DNA of 44,404 nt, counting the filler, from Jimgerdemannia flammicorona (lineage: Eukaryota): NCBI GenBank assembly GCA_003990765.1. It is 2 parts of 2 records of this genome, joined end to end, with 100 filler letters (N's around TTAATTAATTAA, not from the genome) between each part and the next. Parts side by side here need not be neighbours in the genome. Positions count along the whole stretch, not along the records: positions 1 to 22,161 come from RBNJ01001326.1; positions 22,262 to 44,404 come from RBNJ01001327.1. One strand, written 5' to 3'. The position numbers and the translations under genes were made by a program. Below are positions 11,732 through 22,731 of the stretch, piece by piece (position 1 is the stretch's first letter; each line of letters opens with the position of its first letter). The notes under the pieces were generated by a model. The model saw only the letters and a list, made by a program, of their open reading frames with translations, ran no database searches and was not told where the DNA came from.

Positions 11732-13766
11732 TATAAGTACATAACCTCCAAGCTACTGAAATCACATGCCACCCTCTGAACAAGCTACCAAAATTACATG
11801 CAACTCTTGAATAAATCTGAAAATCACCTGCAAGATCATGAAGCTGAGTCAAACCAAAGTCACAGCATATAAAACTGAGCAATATGAAGTCATAGAACAT
11901 AAGATTTATACAAACAGAATCTTACCAATCAGGACCAAATGCATATATACTGAGCACCAAGATGCATCGAAACAGAGAACCAAAACAAACCAAACACATA
12001 ACTCCAACTTTTGAATATATACAAACATGACTACCAAGATCTACAACTGTATCTATACTGATATTTGGAATACTATTGTCAATTAAGCCACACTCTCTCT
12101 GCCTCTCATAAATATCCATAGCTTAGTATCTCTCTACTTTGTGGAAGTCCACTGAATTGGACAAATCTCAAACTACTATCAGATCAGCCACCTCCTGGAA
12201 GACATGGTCAAATACTATCACAATATAGACATTATCCAGATGTCTCAATATCAGAAACTCATTGCTTATAAATATCAAAAACTCTTCTATGAGTTTAGCA
12301 CTGTTATTCTCCATCTCTGAGTTACTACTACCAAAATGATTACTACTCTATCCTATGGCCAAATAGATGATATAATATAAGAACTCAACCACAAGTATCT
12401 TGAGTATGTTTAGACTACAGACAGAACCTTTCTGTATCCTAATGACCATATCCTACAAATGCCTCAAGTCAGATATGCTATAAAGGATATCTATGATATA
12501 ATCTGATTCAATGAAGATGAAGCAGAAGACAATGATCCCTCTGACACCAACATGACCTCCAGCCAAGAATCTCTACCAACTCTGATCACTCCACCAATCT
12601 TGTTGATGAACTTATAACAGTTTATAACTACCTATGAGACTTATTGGGACAATGACCACTAGCACAAATACCAATCTGCATTCATTCCTAATTACTTCAA
12701 TTATAATGAAGAGACTGAGAACACAACTTGTACCTCCAGACAACTATTGAGATCGAACCAACAACTCTGCCACCCAAGTATGAGTAATATAAACCACAGC
12801 CATCAGCTTACTACAATCCAGCAACTCATAGTGCCATAACTTATAGAAGGTATACAGATAGCAAATCTGATGAAAGCAAAGATAATGCACTCTTCCTTTA
12901 TCCACTAATACCTTACCTAGCATATGAGACAGATGATGCTATCCTGTGGGATGGTGATGAAGTCCCAATATATTATTACCTCAGCAAACAAGGAGAATTA
13001 ATCTGCAAACAACTCTTTCTAGATGACTACTTCATTAGAGATGATATCATCAAGTGATATTATTGAAGATTACCCAGACAGTATCTAAATCTATAAATAG
13101 CTTAGCAGCCATAGTATTAGATTAGCCTTGTATAACATAACTATAAACTGACTCAGCAGTCAGACAATTCCTTGACATATCAGATTACACTTATACTACA
13201 TAACTGCATTCTGACTCAGTAAAGTACTAAGTGCTACATTTATATTCAGTATAGTCCAGATAGCCCCTCACTAGTATAAATATCCCCTCCCCCAGACCTC
13301 AGAACCTCAGACTGGAACAATCTGAACACAACTTCTGAGCACTTTCCCACAACACCCCTTTATACAACTACTCCTAGTATAGCAATATCATAAATAGCAA
13401 ATAAACCTATATAATAACCTACAAACTACTCTTAAGTAAATCTGCTCTCTATTAGGTCCTACTCCTAACCCTATCATGAAACTTCCTAATTGGGTATTGT
13501 CTGTAGTAATACACTGATTCAACTAAGCTGGTCTTAGTTTCTTAAACTTCCTGAAATATGGAAAATCCTGAATATCCAGAACTAGTCTGAATAAGGACTT
13601 TGGTTGAGATATCAATCTGAACTTGAAATCAATAAGCATAGAGAATATACTCCATATGAAATTGATCTTGATCTTAAGAAAATAGTCTTCCAGAATATCT
13701 AGAACTTTCAGAAAACCTTTCAAAACTATGTAATGATTACCCTAATACATAAGTAACCCTCTGATA
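11732..13766 (+). mobile_element. 2.0-kb solo LTR, copy B (same family as 1040-3073, opposite orientation)
   Basis: Exact 5-bp TSD CTCAG (11727-11731, 13767-13771). Termini TATAAG...CTGATA (TG>TA, CA>TA). Empty site in the outer hAT at about 5638-5642. TATAAATA at about 13275. Confidence 0.9.
12027..13096 (+). pseudogene. Decayed ~350-codon ORF inside solo LTR B
   Basis: MTTKIYNCIYTDIWNTIVN*..LLEDMVKYYHNIDIIQMSQYQKLIAYKYQKLFYEF..FNEDEAEDNDP (2-nt insertion vs copy A) ..DLQPRISTNSDHSTNLVDELITVYNYL*..ILWDGDEVPIYYYLSKQGELICKQLFLDDYFIRDDIIK*YY*RLPRQYLNL*. Confidence 0.7.
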
Positions 13767-13919
13767 CTCAGGCTGCTAAAATTTAGTGGGTCCTATAGAT
13801 TCATGGATAAGTTGGTTGGTCTTATGAAATATTTAATATCTTTAAAAAAAAAAAAAAAAAAAAAACCTGAGGACTTAGCCCAGAGTTTGTAGCCCAAGTG
13901 GGGCAGTAGTTGGCAGAGT

Positions 13920-14520
13920 TGATAGTGGTGGCAGAGGGAGTATGCAAAATTTGCGACCCTCTGCCAGCAGCAAGAGGCAGCCCCAAGCTATTAGTGCCTG
14001 GATCAGCGAGCAGGTCAGTGGGCAGATCAGTGGGCACAGGGTTGGCAGAGAGAGCATACAAAATTTGCAGCCCTCTGCCAGCAGCAAGAGGCAGCCCCAA
14101 GCCACAAGTGTCCAGGACAGGGTGTTAGCAGGAGGGGGGTAGGTGGAGGGAGCATAGAAAATTTACAGCCCTCTGCTAGCAATGAGGGGCAGCCCCAAGC
14201 TGTCAGTGCTCAGGTCAGTGGGTGGAATTGGTTGACAGAGTTAGTTGGCAGGGTTGGTGGGCATAGGGTTAGTGGAGAGAGCATGCAAAATTTGTGGCCC
14301 TCTACTGGCAGTGAGGGGCAGCCCCAAGCTATAAGTATCTGGGACATATGGGCAGGCAGAGGGAGTGTGCAAAATTTGCAGCCCTCTGCCAGCAGCATAG
14401 GGGCAGCTCTAAGCTGTCAAAGAGTCTGAGTCCAGGTTAGAGGGTACTTCTGGCAGTCAGAGAGTACTTCTAGTGATCAGAGGATATTTCTGGTGGTTGG
14501 AGAGTGCTTTCAGCAGTTGA
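13920..14520. repeat. Internal repeat array of the inner hAT
   Basis: 5 units with the CAAAATTTG core followed by GCCCTCTGCCAGCAG..CAGCCCCAAGC, then 20-bp units. Confidence 0.85.
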
Positions 14521-14758
14521 AGTCTATCACAGATTCAGGTCCCATGGGCACCCTGGCCCTGTGCCACAGTACTATACTGGCAGCACTGCAGAGCAGGGCC
14601 AAGGGGCTGATAGGGCCCAGCATAATGACTAAACTAGTGCTACAGAAGAGACACCTGGCTGCCAGCCCAACCTGCACAAAATAACTGCCTAACCCTCATG
14701 AAAGATTATCTAACCCTTACAAAAGATTACCTAACCCTCACAAAAGATTGCCTAACCC

Positions 14759-16838
14759 TCACAAAAACTGCTCCACCTGCTAGTCCCAGGCCTTGATGAG
14801 CCTATCATCTGTTGTAAGTATGATGACTATTGTGTCCAAGCTCTCCTCAAAGTTGATGGTACTGTAGTAGTTGTGTGATTGGAATAGAACAGCTGTATTG
14901 GCTATAAATAGGACCCTGAAACCATAGGTAAGGTTGTACCAGACTCTACCACTATCCTCCCAGGTTGGGCCTTTCCTTTCTAGGATGTACAATATTACTG
15001 GGGTGATGTTGTTGTCTGTGTGTGTGGGTAGAGAAACATTGTGCCTAACATATTCTGATATAACATAAGCATATAGTTGGTAAACCCTTAGCCCAGGACC
15101 TTGTACTGCCAGGCTGTACTGGTGGATATTTGCTCTTGGTCCAGCCCCAGGAGCCCCAGCTTGGAAATCTACCAAAACAGATGGCAACTGGTCAGTCCTT
15201 TTTGTGTACAGGGGGGCAGAAATCCCCCAGACCACAGAAACCTCCCAGGCTGCAGCACCCAAAAAAAGTGGACCTCCTTACCTCATATGGTATGCTAAAT
15301 TGTGCCAAGAATATATGTATAGCCACACTGAGATCACTACCAAGCTGGCCTGTCATATGCTCTATCAATCTGCTCAAAGAACCCCAGATCATAGCTGCCA
15401 TTGCTACACAAGCTATGTCATGCTTGTATGTAGTTTGCTTTTCTAAAGTTCTGGTAGGGGTATAGAATATTGTGCATCCCTGGAATTGTATCAAAAAGAG
15501 TATGTCAATGAAGAGTGTGATTTATCTAAAGAGGAATGAAAAAAAGAGAGATGAGTGTGGGGAATTTTGAAACTCTGAAACCCACTCTTTGCCAGTGTTG
15601 CAGTATACCCAATTCCTGTCCAAACCCCCCCTCCTTGCTTTTTTCACTCTCTCTTTCCTGCTATCTAGTATTTGATGCAATCCTCACAAATCTCATTGAT
15701 GTAGTAGTAAAGCTTATCACCATAGAGGTTCCTTACTACCATTGCAATTACCTCTCCATGTTTATTAATAATGATATGGTTCTCTTCATTGTTGGTTACT
15801 CCTGCTGACCAATAGACTTCTTGATCAAGAATAATTGGCTCTAATTCAAATATAGACCCCCAAGCCTTGATGATGATTCAAGCTGAACATATTGCCCTCA
15901 AATTTCTCTATTTGATCAGATGCCAGACATGATTGAACTCAGGTAACTTTGAACTCTCCTTTTTAATAGAACTGAGTCCTGATCTGAGAAACTAAGATAA
16001 GTATATAGATGGGTTGCATATGAATGAGTTGTATATAGATGGGTTATATGTGGATGAGTTGCATGTGAATGGATTACGTGTAGGTGTGGGTGTTTTTTAA
16101 AGGGAGACCATGTAAAAAATGAAGTTAAATAAAACATAGAGATGGGTATTTTAGAAAAAGAGCATGAGTGAGTAAGTGAGTGAGTTATATGCTGATGAGT
16201 TACATGCTGACAAGTTATACAAGTTATATGAGTTATATAAGATTGCTCACAAAGGCTTACTTCTATTCCTTTTGAGACCTCTGCCATATGATGCATTGAC
16301 TCAACAGCTCAGCCACCAAAGATATGCTCTGCAATATCCACCAGCCTTTCTTCATCTTGACCAGATGTTGCAAATAAAGTCAACAGATCTTACTGTAGAG
16401 CTGTGGACCCTAAGAAAAGCATAAGGTGAATTGGGTCATACTGGGGAAATTTAAATAAATATAAGTAAACAAGTGGCAGCAGAGTGAGCAACCTACATCT
16501 ACTATCAGCTGCTCCAAAAAGACTGCTGTATATATAGCTGTAAGGTCTGTGAATTCTGAGGTCCAAAGAACTGCCATGAGTTGTTACTGGAATTCTCCCT
16601 CATCTCTGCCATTACCACCACTATCACCATCACCATTGCTACCACCATTGCCACTGCTATTGCCCCTTTGAATCTTGATGAGCAGCTTGTATGCTGCTCA
16701 TATAAGAAAGAATCTAACATTGTCAGCAGAGAGTGTATTTCTACCTCAAATACTCCCTCTTTTGATGATCATTACAGGGTAAAAAATGAGTAGACTGGAC
16801 CAATATATGAATTAAGGGCTGCTGTTTTGTTTGCTCAT
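14759..16838 (-). pseudogene. hAT passenger gene, putative TET/JBP-like 2OG-Fe(II) dioxygenase (inner copy)
   Basis: Last exon lies in ORF 14780-15262: ..LYAYVISEYVRHNVSLPTHTDNNITPVILYILERKGPTWEDSGRVWYNLTYGFRVLFIANTAVLFQSHNYYST.. HTD at 15014-15022; ATG at 16838. Confidence 0.7.
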
Positions 16839-18174
16839 AATGTGGTAGGAAAGAAAAAAGAATAAAGAAAAAGAACAAAGAAAGAACAAAAGAAGAGAGA
16901 GAAGAAAAAGGAAAGGGTGATGTCACCAAAGATTTCAATCTGGATGAATTAATCTGGATCAGATCACAAGATCAATCTAAGTTAATTCAAATTTATTACA
17001 TGACAAATATGAATTGAATCTCATCTAGATCAACTCTATCCATTTGGAGCACATGTGGCAGGAAAGAAAAAAGAACAAAGAAAAAGAACAAAAAAAGAAC
17101 AAAAGAAGAGAGGAAACAAAAGAAAGGGTGATATCACTAAAGTGTAGTAGAAAAAAAAAACAAAAGCAAAAATGAACAAAAGAAAGAGTGATGTCACTAA
17201 AGATTTCAATCTGGATAAATCAATCTAGATCAATCTGGATCAGATCATGAGATCAATCTGAGTTGATTAGAATCCATCACATGATAAATCTGAATTGAAT
17301 CTCATCTGGATCAACTCCATCCATTCAAAGCACTACTCAGCTTGGATGAGTGGGTTGATTCTGAAAATAGAATAATATTGAAGTCACAATAGCTATCAAA
17401 TTGGTCACCTAGATAGTCTTAGTTTCTTATTAAATATATCTATAATAATAGATTAATATAATAAATATTAAATGTAAAATAAATTCATTTATATAAAATA
17501 AACTAATATTATAAATCTTACTATAAATAATATTTATATAAATAGTAATAATTAGTATTAATTCTATTCTTTTATTATAATTTATAATATTTATAATATA
17601 AGTAAAATTAAAGTACTCTGATTAGTATTATTTTTTTAGATATTATAAAATATAAAAGATATTGCAAAATTTCAAGATATAATAAACTAATCAGATCTCA
17701 TTAGTAGATGACATTTTAAGCTAACTAAATTTCAGAATCTAAATATTGTTTTTTATATAATTAGAAAATATTATACAGTTTAGTTAGCTTCAAAATATCA
17801 TCTATTAATAATAGAATATAGTTAAAAATCAACTATATAATATACTATCTATATAATTATTTCATTAGGTTCCAATTAGATATGATGTCTGTTATTATAT
17901 ATTTTGACTCTGTAAGTTAACTTTATATAATATACTAATTTTTATTCAAACTCAATAACTAATAGTAGGAGTAAGCAGTCTAATTGTCTTATCATATTTG
18001 TCTACTATATAGTAGTTATTGAAATCCCTAGAATTTGGATTACATCTCAATATACAGTAGTGCAGCCAATTCTTAACTATATCATCAATCAATATGCATT
18101 AAAGTACATATTCTGTAATTAATAATAAACAACTCTCTTCTTGCAAGCCTTTTCTGAGTATTTCATAATAAAAG

Positions 18175-18871
18175 ATTATGAGCCCTGCTTAGTAACTATA
18201 CACCCCTCTAACATATATGCTACACTATACCATAATGTCTAATAATACTAGTAGTACAAGCAGTGTACCAAGCTCTGGTAATATAGGTAGAAAAGATACT
18301 GGTATGGGTATGGCTCCTATTACAATGGTCATGATGATGACCATTCTAGTGGTAGTACTAACAATAATAGCAAAGAGGATGATTCCTGTTTTTGATAGTA
18401 AGGACTATGCTATATAGATGTACTCTATGAAGAATCTCCTAGAGAAATGTGGTCTGGAGGATTATTGGAAGCAATAAGTACAAATACTGATATATGATGC
18501 TATAAAAGATTGCAAAGTATTAAGGGAGATTATGTTCACCCTTTTGAATATGTAAATGAAGCTCATAATCAAGGCTATGATAGTAAATAAAGTCTGGGAG
18601 ATCTTACACAATTACTACCAATAGGCATCCACATCAAACAGATTCCATCTAAAGGTGCAACTATTCAATCTTCAAATGAAGTCTAAGAAGAGTATCTGGA
18701 ATTATGTCAACTATGTTGATGATCTAACAAATCAAGTGAATTCTCTTATATCTATGATGATAGACACTATCAAGGATGAAGACAAGGTCCTGGCCCTTAT
18801 GCAAGGTCTTCCTGAGGTATACAATGTGGTTGTCACTACTATGCAGGAATCTGGCAAGCTATCAGACTATA
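18175..18871 (+). mobile_element. Ty1/Copia relic: PBS-like site and gag (UBN2/Retrotran_gag_2-like) fragment
   Basis: GATTATGAGCCC resembles the GGTTATGAGCCC Copia PBS. Peptides IPVFDSKDYAI*MYSMKNLL and QLFNLQMK..SIWNYVNYVDDLTNQV..IKDEDKVLALMQGLPEVYNVVVTTM. Cut off by the Tc1 insertion. Confidence 0.75.
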
Positions 18872-19903
18872 TAGTGAGAGTCATAAGTGTACCAATGTTT
18901 TATTATTTTTACTTTTTAAATTAATTATAGCTTATATAAAAATATTATTGAAGCCATTTTTTAACCAGTAATAGAATAGGTTTAGAACTTCTAAATATAT
19001 TAGTTTTGCCTTATTTGGATAATTACAAATAAAGTTATTACTATTTAAAGTTATATTAATCATTGGTATACTTATGGCCCTGATGGTACCTGAATCACTT
19101 TATTCATAATAATTAATATTTGGTGTATTTTCCCTTAGCTTTAATTACTGCAGCAATGCACCTCAGCATACTCTCCACCAATTTGACACAAATGTCTTAC
19201 GGAATACCATTCCATTCATCCTCCACCCACTCTCACAACTCCTCCATACCATTCAGCAGTGTTTCGTATATGCTGAGCTTCCTCTTGAGATGGCACCACA
19301 AATGCTTGATTGAATTGATATCAGGGGATTGCACAGGCCAGTCTAGATGTGAATAGAATGATCAGCAAGCCATTTGGAAGCTACCTTGGATGTATGCTTT
19401 GGGTTGTTATCTTGTTGGAATATGAGCTTCTTCCTGTCTATCTTAAAAAACCAGATGGATTTTTGCAGCTCATTGGCAAGAATGCTCATATAGAGCTCTG
19501 CATTCATTCTACCATCGATCTGGCATGCATAGCCTATACCATGGTAATTCATGCAACCCCAGACCATCACCAATCTGTCACTGAATTTGATGGTCCCTTT
19601 CACATGGCAGTCAAGTAGTGTCATACCTGGCTTCTTCCACATCCATTGATGTCTGTCAGACCCAAAACGATTGATCTTTGTCTTGTCTGAAAAAATGACT
19701 CATTTCTAGTTATCTAGAGTCCAATATTGGTACTTAAGGGCAAATTTGTAATGTGCCTTGACATGATGCTTGAATAACATAGGCTTCTTCTGCTTGACGG
19801 CAGCCTTCAGACCTGCTTGTTTCAGTGCCTGGCATATGGTCTTGGTGCCAATGGATGGTTTCCCTTCTTCTTCTATAGTTTTGGTGACTATTGTGGTAGT
19901 TTC
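18872..19903 (-). mobile_element. Tc1/mariner (DD34E) transposon, 3' portion with transposase pseudogene 19113-19903
   Basis: VIFSDKTKINRFGSD, VMVWGCM, IFQQDNNPKHTSK, DWPVQSPDINSIKHLW..AVIKAKGKYTKY*. Probable terminus TA|TAGTG (from CAGTG) at 18870-18876. Interrupted at 19903 by a Gypsy LTR. Confidence 0.9.
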
Positions 19904-20694
19904 TGTAATAGAACGAGCGAACAGATGGGACGAGACGAGCGATCACGTGACCCGGCGAGCGATGACGTCATCATACGATCGAGCGTGACATATGAATAGC
20001 GAGTGACGAACGATGCGAAACGACGCGGAAAACGATATCCAGCTTATCCCCAACAATCGGCGCCGCAGCAACAGTTGCCATAGCTGCTGATCATTGCCTA
20101 GTAATTGAGGTCCTGATCACAAAGTTGTTTTTGCCAAAAACCACCTGACAAAGGTCGCGATCACAAACCTCATTATAGTTACCAAATTAGTCACTCATAC
20201 TTAGTCAGAAATCGCGGACCAACTTGTATAAATACCCCCCAGTTTCCATCCAAAATAAATCAGTCCTTGATACAAGAATCAAGTCCCCCCCCACACACAC
20301 ACATTCCTCTGAGTCTTAGTAATGACATCTAAGTGACTCTAGTGTTTCTGACTAAACTCCAGAAGCCTAGCTAACTTCTGCCAGAACTAAGACCAGTATA
20401 TAAATCCCTAAAGACTTAAGTAAACCCATTGAACCTGAATTCCAAGGCGAATTCAGTCTGTGTACAGCAAGGAACAAGACCCTCAAAATAGGGCACAAGA
20501 GAAAGACCTTTGAAACAGAAGACAAACCAGAAAGACCTTTGAAAGATAAGGCACTGCCGCTACAGCTACTTAAAGTGAGCACTTCCTCAAACTGAAGGCT
20601 TCTTGGTACACATTGTGTACTAAGTCCCTAAGTAATAGTCCACTTCCCTAATTATCCAAAGGATAAGAGAGGGGTAGAAGTGAGAGTTATTACA
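19904..20694 (+). mobile_element. 5' LTR (about 790 bp) of a Ty3/Gypsy-type retrotransposon
   Basis: TGTAATA...TATTACA termini and TATAAATA at about 20227. Followed by ACT-TGGTAGCAG (PBS-like) and a gag frame. Confidence 0.85.
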
Positions 20695-20795
20695 ACTTGG
20701 TAGCAGCAGATTACCAGCCAAGAAGGCACCAAAGAACACACTCCTGAAGTTGGAACAAGACCAACCTTGGACAGGAGTAACCCCCAGAACCAACT

Positions 20796-22161
20796 GTGGA
20801 TCCTCAAACCAGAGCCAGGGAAGCCCTTGCCATTAGGACCAGGTGGTTCCAGGAAACCACAGACATAGAGACCTGCCAGCTTGTAATTGACCAGGCCTAC
20901 AGGGATCTATACCAGGCCTTTAGGACATACCACCCAGGACTTAGGAATATTGTTAGCCGCCGTAGGTTCTACCAACTCCTCCGAGGACACATTGGAACTA
21001 CTAGGACCCCAGAATCTACTGCTGCAGCCACCTAGGATTTTTTAGATTATATCACACCCCCTGCTGCAAAAGAAGCAGCTGCCGAGTGGATTGCCTCTGA
21101 CAGATATCATCATACTTCTACCAAGACCTCCCTCTACTACAGGCTAGTTGTATACTATGCCTCTGCCATAACTAGGTACGAGAACGAGCAAGCAGGCCAA
21201 CCATCCCCTACTGCTGAACAAGAAGCAGGTCCATCTACTCAGCCAGAGACTGATATCCTCTTTGAAGGACCTAGTCAGTATGAGGACGCACTATCTCATC
21301 AGAGAAGGGAGTCAGACGAAGACTCTACAGGTTACCAGTCTGACGATAGCCAACGAGGGACAGCAGGCCTAGGAATTTACCAAGGGACCACAGGTCAAGA
21401 AGATCAGACCCCAGAATCAACCCAGCCACCTACACAGAGGTTTGGTTTACCCTCTCTCACAGGACTCTTTGACTTAATATCCGGGAACCAAGTAACCCCA
21501 AGTCATACAGCACCACAACCCCACCAAGCAGAACAATCTCCAGGAGAATCTACCCCAACAGGCCCACCACCAATAGTCAACACAATGGTAGATGCCAATA
21601 TTGCAGCACTGACTACCCAGCTAGCAGCACTAGCAGGGATAGTAGGACAGATTGCTGAACAGAACAAACTAACCAAGACCTTGCGAATCCCAACATTCAG
21701 TGAAAAAAACAGCGACATCGAAAACTTCATCAATGCAGTTGATACAGGCTACCAAGCAAACCAATGGAATGACAACCGAGTACCTATAGGAATACTCACC
21801 AACAACCAGAACAGCACCCTTCAATAGCTGTTTGCCACATCAGCAGCACAAGTAGAAACAGTAGCCACATTCTTCACTGGAACAGCAGCCAAATTCTGGC
21901 GAACCTTAGAACAACACCCAGTAACCTGGGAAGCCCACCCTCAAGTCAATGGACAAGTACCTGGCAACAATAGACCAGGTTGAGATGACCACGAAGCAGG
22001 GCCAGGACTCAAGGTCTTGCTACTGACCAAATTCCGAAATGCAGCCTATATACAAGAAACTTGGAACAAACTATCCCAGATGAAGTTCCACAAGAATGGC
22101 GAAGAAGATCTAGAGACCTTTGCCACCAGAATGGATGCCTATCTCAAAACCGTTGGACTTA
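20796..22161 (+). pseudogene. Ty3/Gypsy gag with long N-terminal extension, truncated by the gap
   Basis: ORFs at 20796, 21585 and 22017 share one frame separated by isolated stops. Capsid-like IPTFSEKNSDIENFINAVDTGYQANQW..VATFFTGTAAKFW..LLTKFR..LSQMKFHKNGEEDLETFATRM. Confidence 0.8.
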
Positions 22162-22261
22162 NNNNNNNNNNNNNNNNNNNNNNNNNNNNNNNNNNNNNNN
22201 NNNNNTTAATTAATTAANNNNNNNNNNNNNNNNNNNNNNNNNNNNNNNNNNNNNNNNNNNN
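22162..22261. other. Assembly gap with artificial six-frame-stop linker
   Basis: N-run, TTAATTAATTAA, N-run, 100 nt in total. Adjacency across it is not guaranteed. Confidence 0.95.
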
Positions 22262-22731
22262 TTGTTTGCTGAAAGTAATATGGATTACAAAACAATAAAT
22301 ATAATTTTACAATAAATATATCTTATATGAGTATCTAATACTATTTACTATATATCAATCAAAAATTAAAGCTTTGTGAGAGGGTATGGGACATACATTT
22401 ACTATTGGCCAACTGGATACAACCTACTATGTGGATTTTAAGTAAATATCTCCCAATTGTTATATTGATTCAGATGGCTCAAAAGTTGTATACTTATATA
22501 ATAAATTTAGCTATTTCTATATTATATGCTCCTATCTTGTATATATAAATTAAATTAAATTTCTTAGACTGAGATAATATAATCAAGATACATATATACT
22601 TAACTTATTTTTTAAAGAATTTATATTTTTAAGTTTTATATATAACTTATATTTTTAAAGATTAAAATATTATTCATATATACTAATAGAAAGAGAAAGA
22701 TTTACTCTTTAAATATAAAGTCTAAAAAGTA
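22262..22731 (+). repeat. AT-rich direct repeat, copy 1 (copy 2 at 34172-34731)
   Basis: First ~125 nt identical; the remainder differs by substitutions and short indels. Confidence 0.9.

Larger units (their letters stand above)
9015..13779 (+). pseudogene. hAT transposase pseudogene, inner copy
   Basis: Same exons as 1014-5650; start codon is ATA. Dimerisation domain DFPSLYGIAQDYLAIPASSALIEQMFS. Interrupted by a LINE stub (11556-11677) and solo LTR B. Confidence 0.92.
8598..17053 (+). mobile_element. hAT transposon, inner copy of the same family nested in the outer copy
   Basis: Starts TAGTGCTCTGAAT and ends CATTTGGAGCACA. Degenerate 8-bp TSD TATGGTAG (8590-8597) / TGTGGCAG (17054-17061). 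Colinear with the outer copy throughout. Confidence 0.9.
584..17335 (+). mobile_element. hAT-superfamily DNA transposon, outer copy (about 6.3 kb net of nested insertions), inactive
   Basis: Starts TAGTGCTCTGAATG (584) and ends CATTCAAAGCACTA (17335), an inverted pair. Exact 8-bp TSD CTCAGCTT at 576-583 and 17336-17343. Subterminal repeats and a hAT transposase lie inside. Confidence 0.93.

Noticed and set aside
584..17335. Interpretation as a simple ~8-kb tandem duplication or assembly artefact
   Set aside because: Separate TIR pairs, separate TSDs, copy-specific insertions and substantial divergence show a nested transposition.
22206..22217. Perfect palindrome TTAATTAATTAA
   Set aside because: Flanked by N runs; an artificial contig-joining linker with stops in all six frames.
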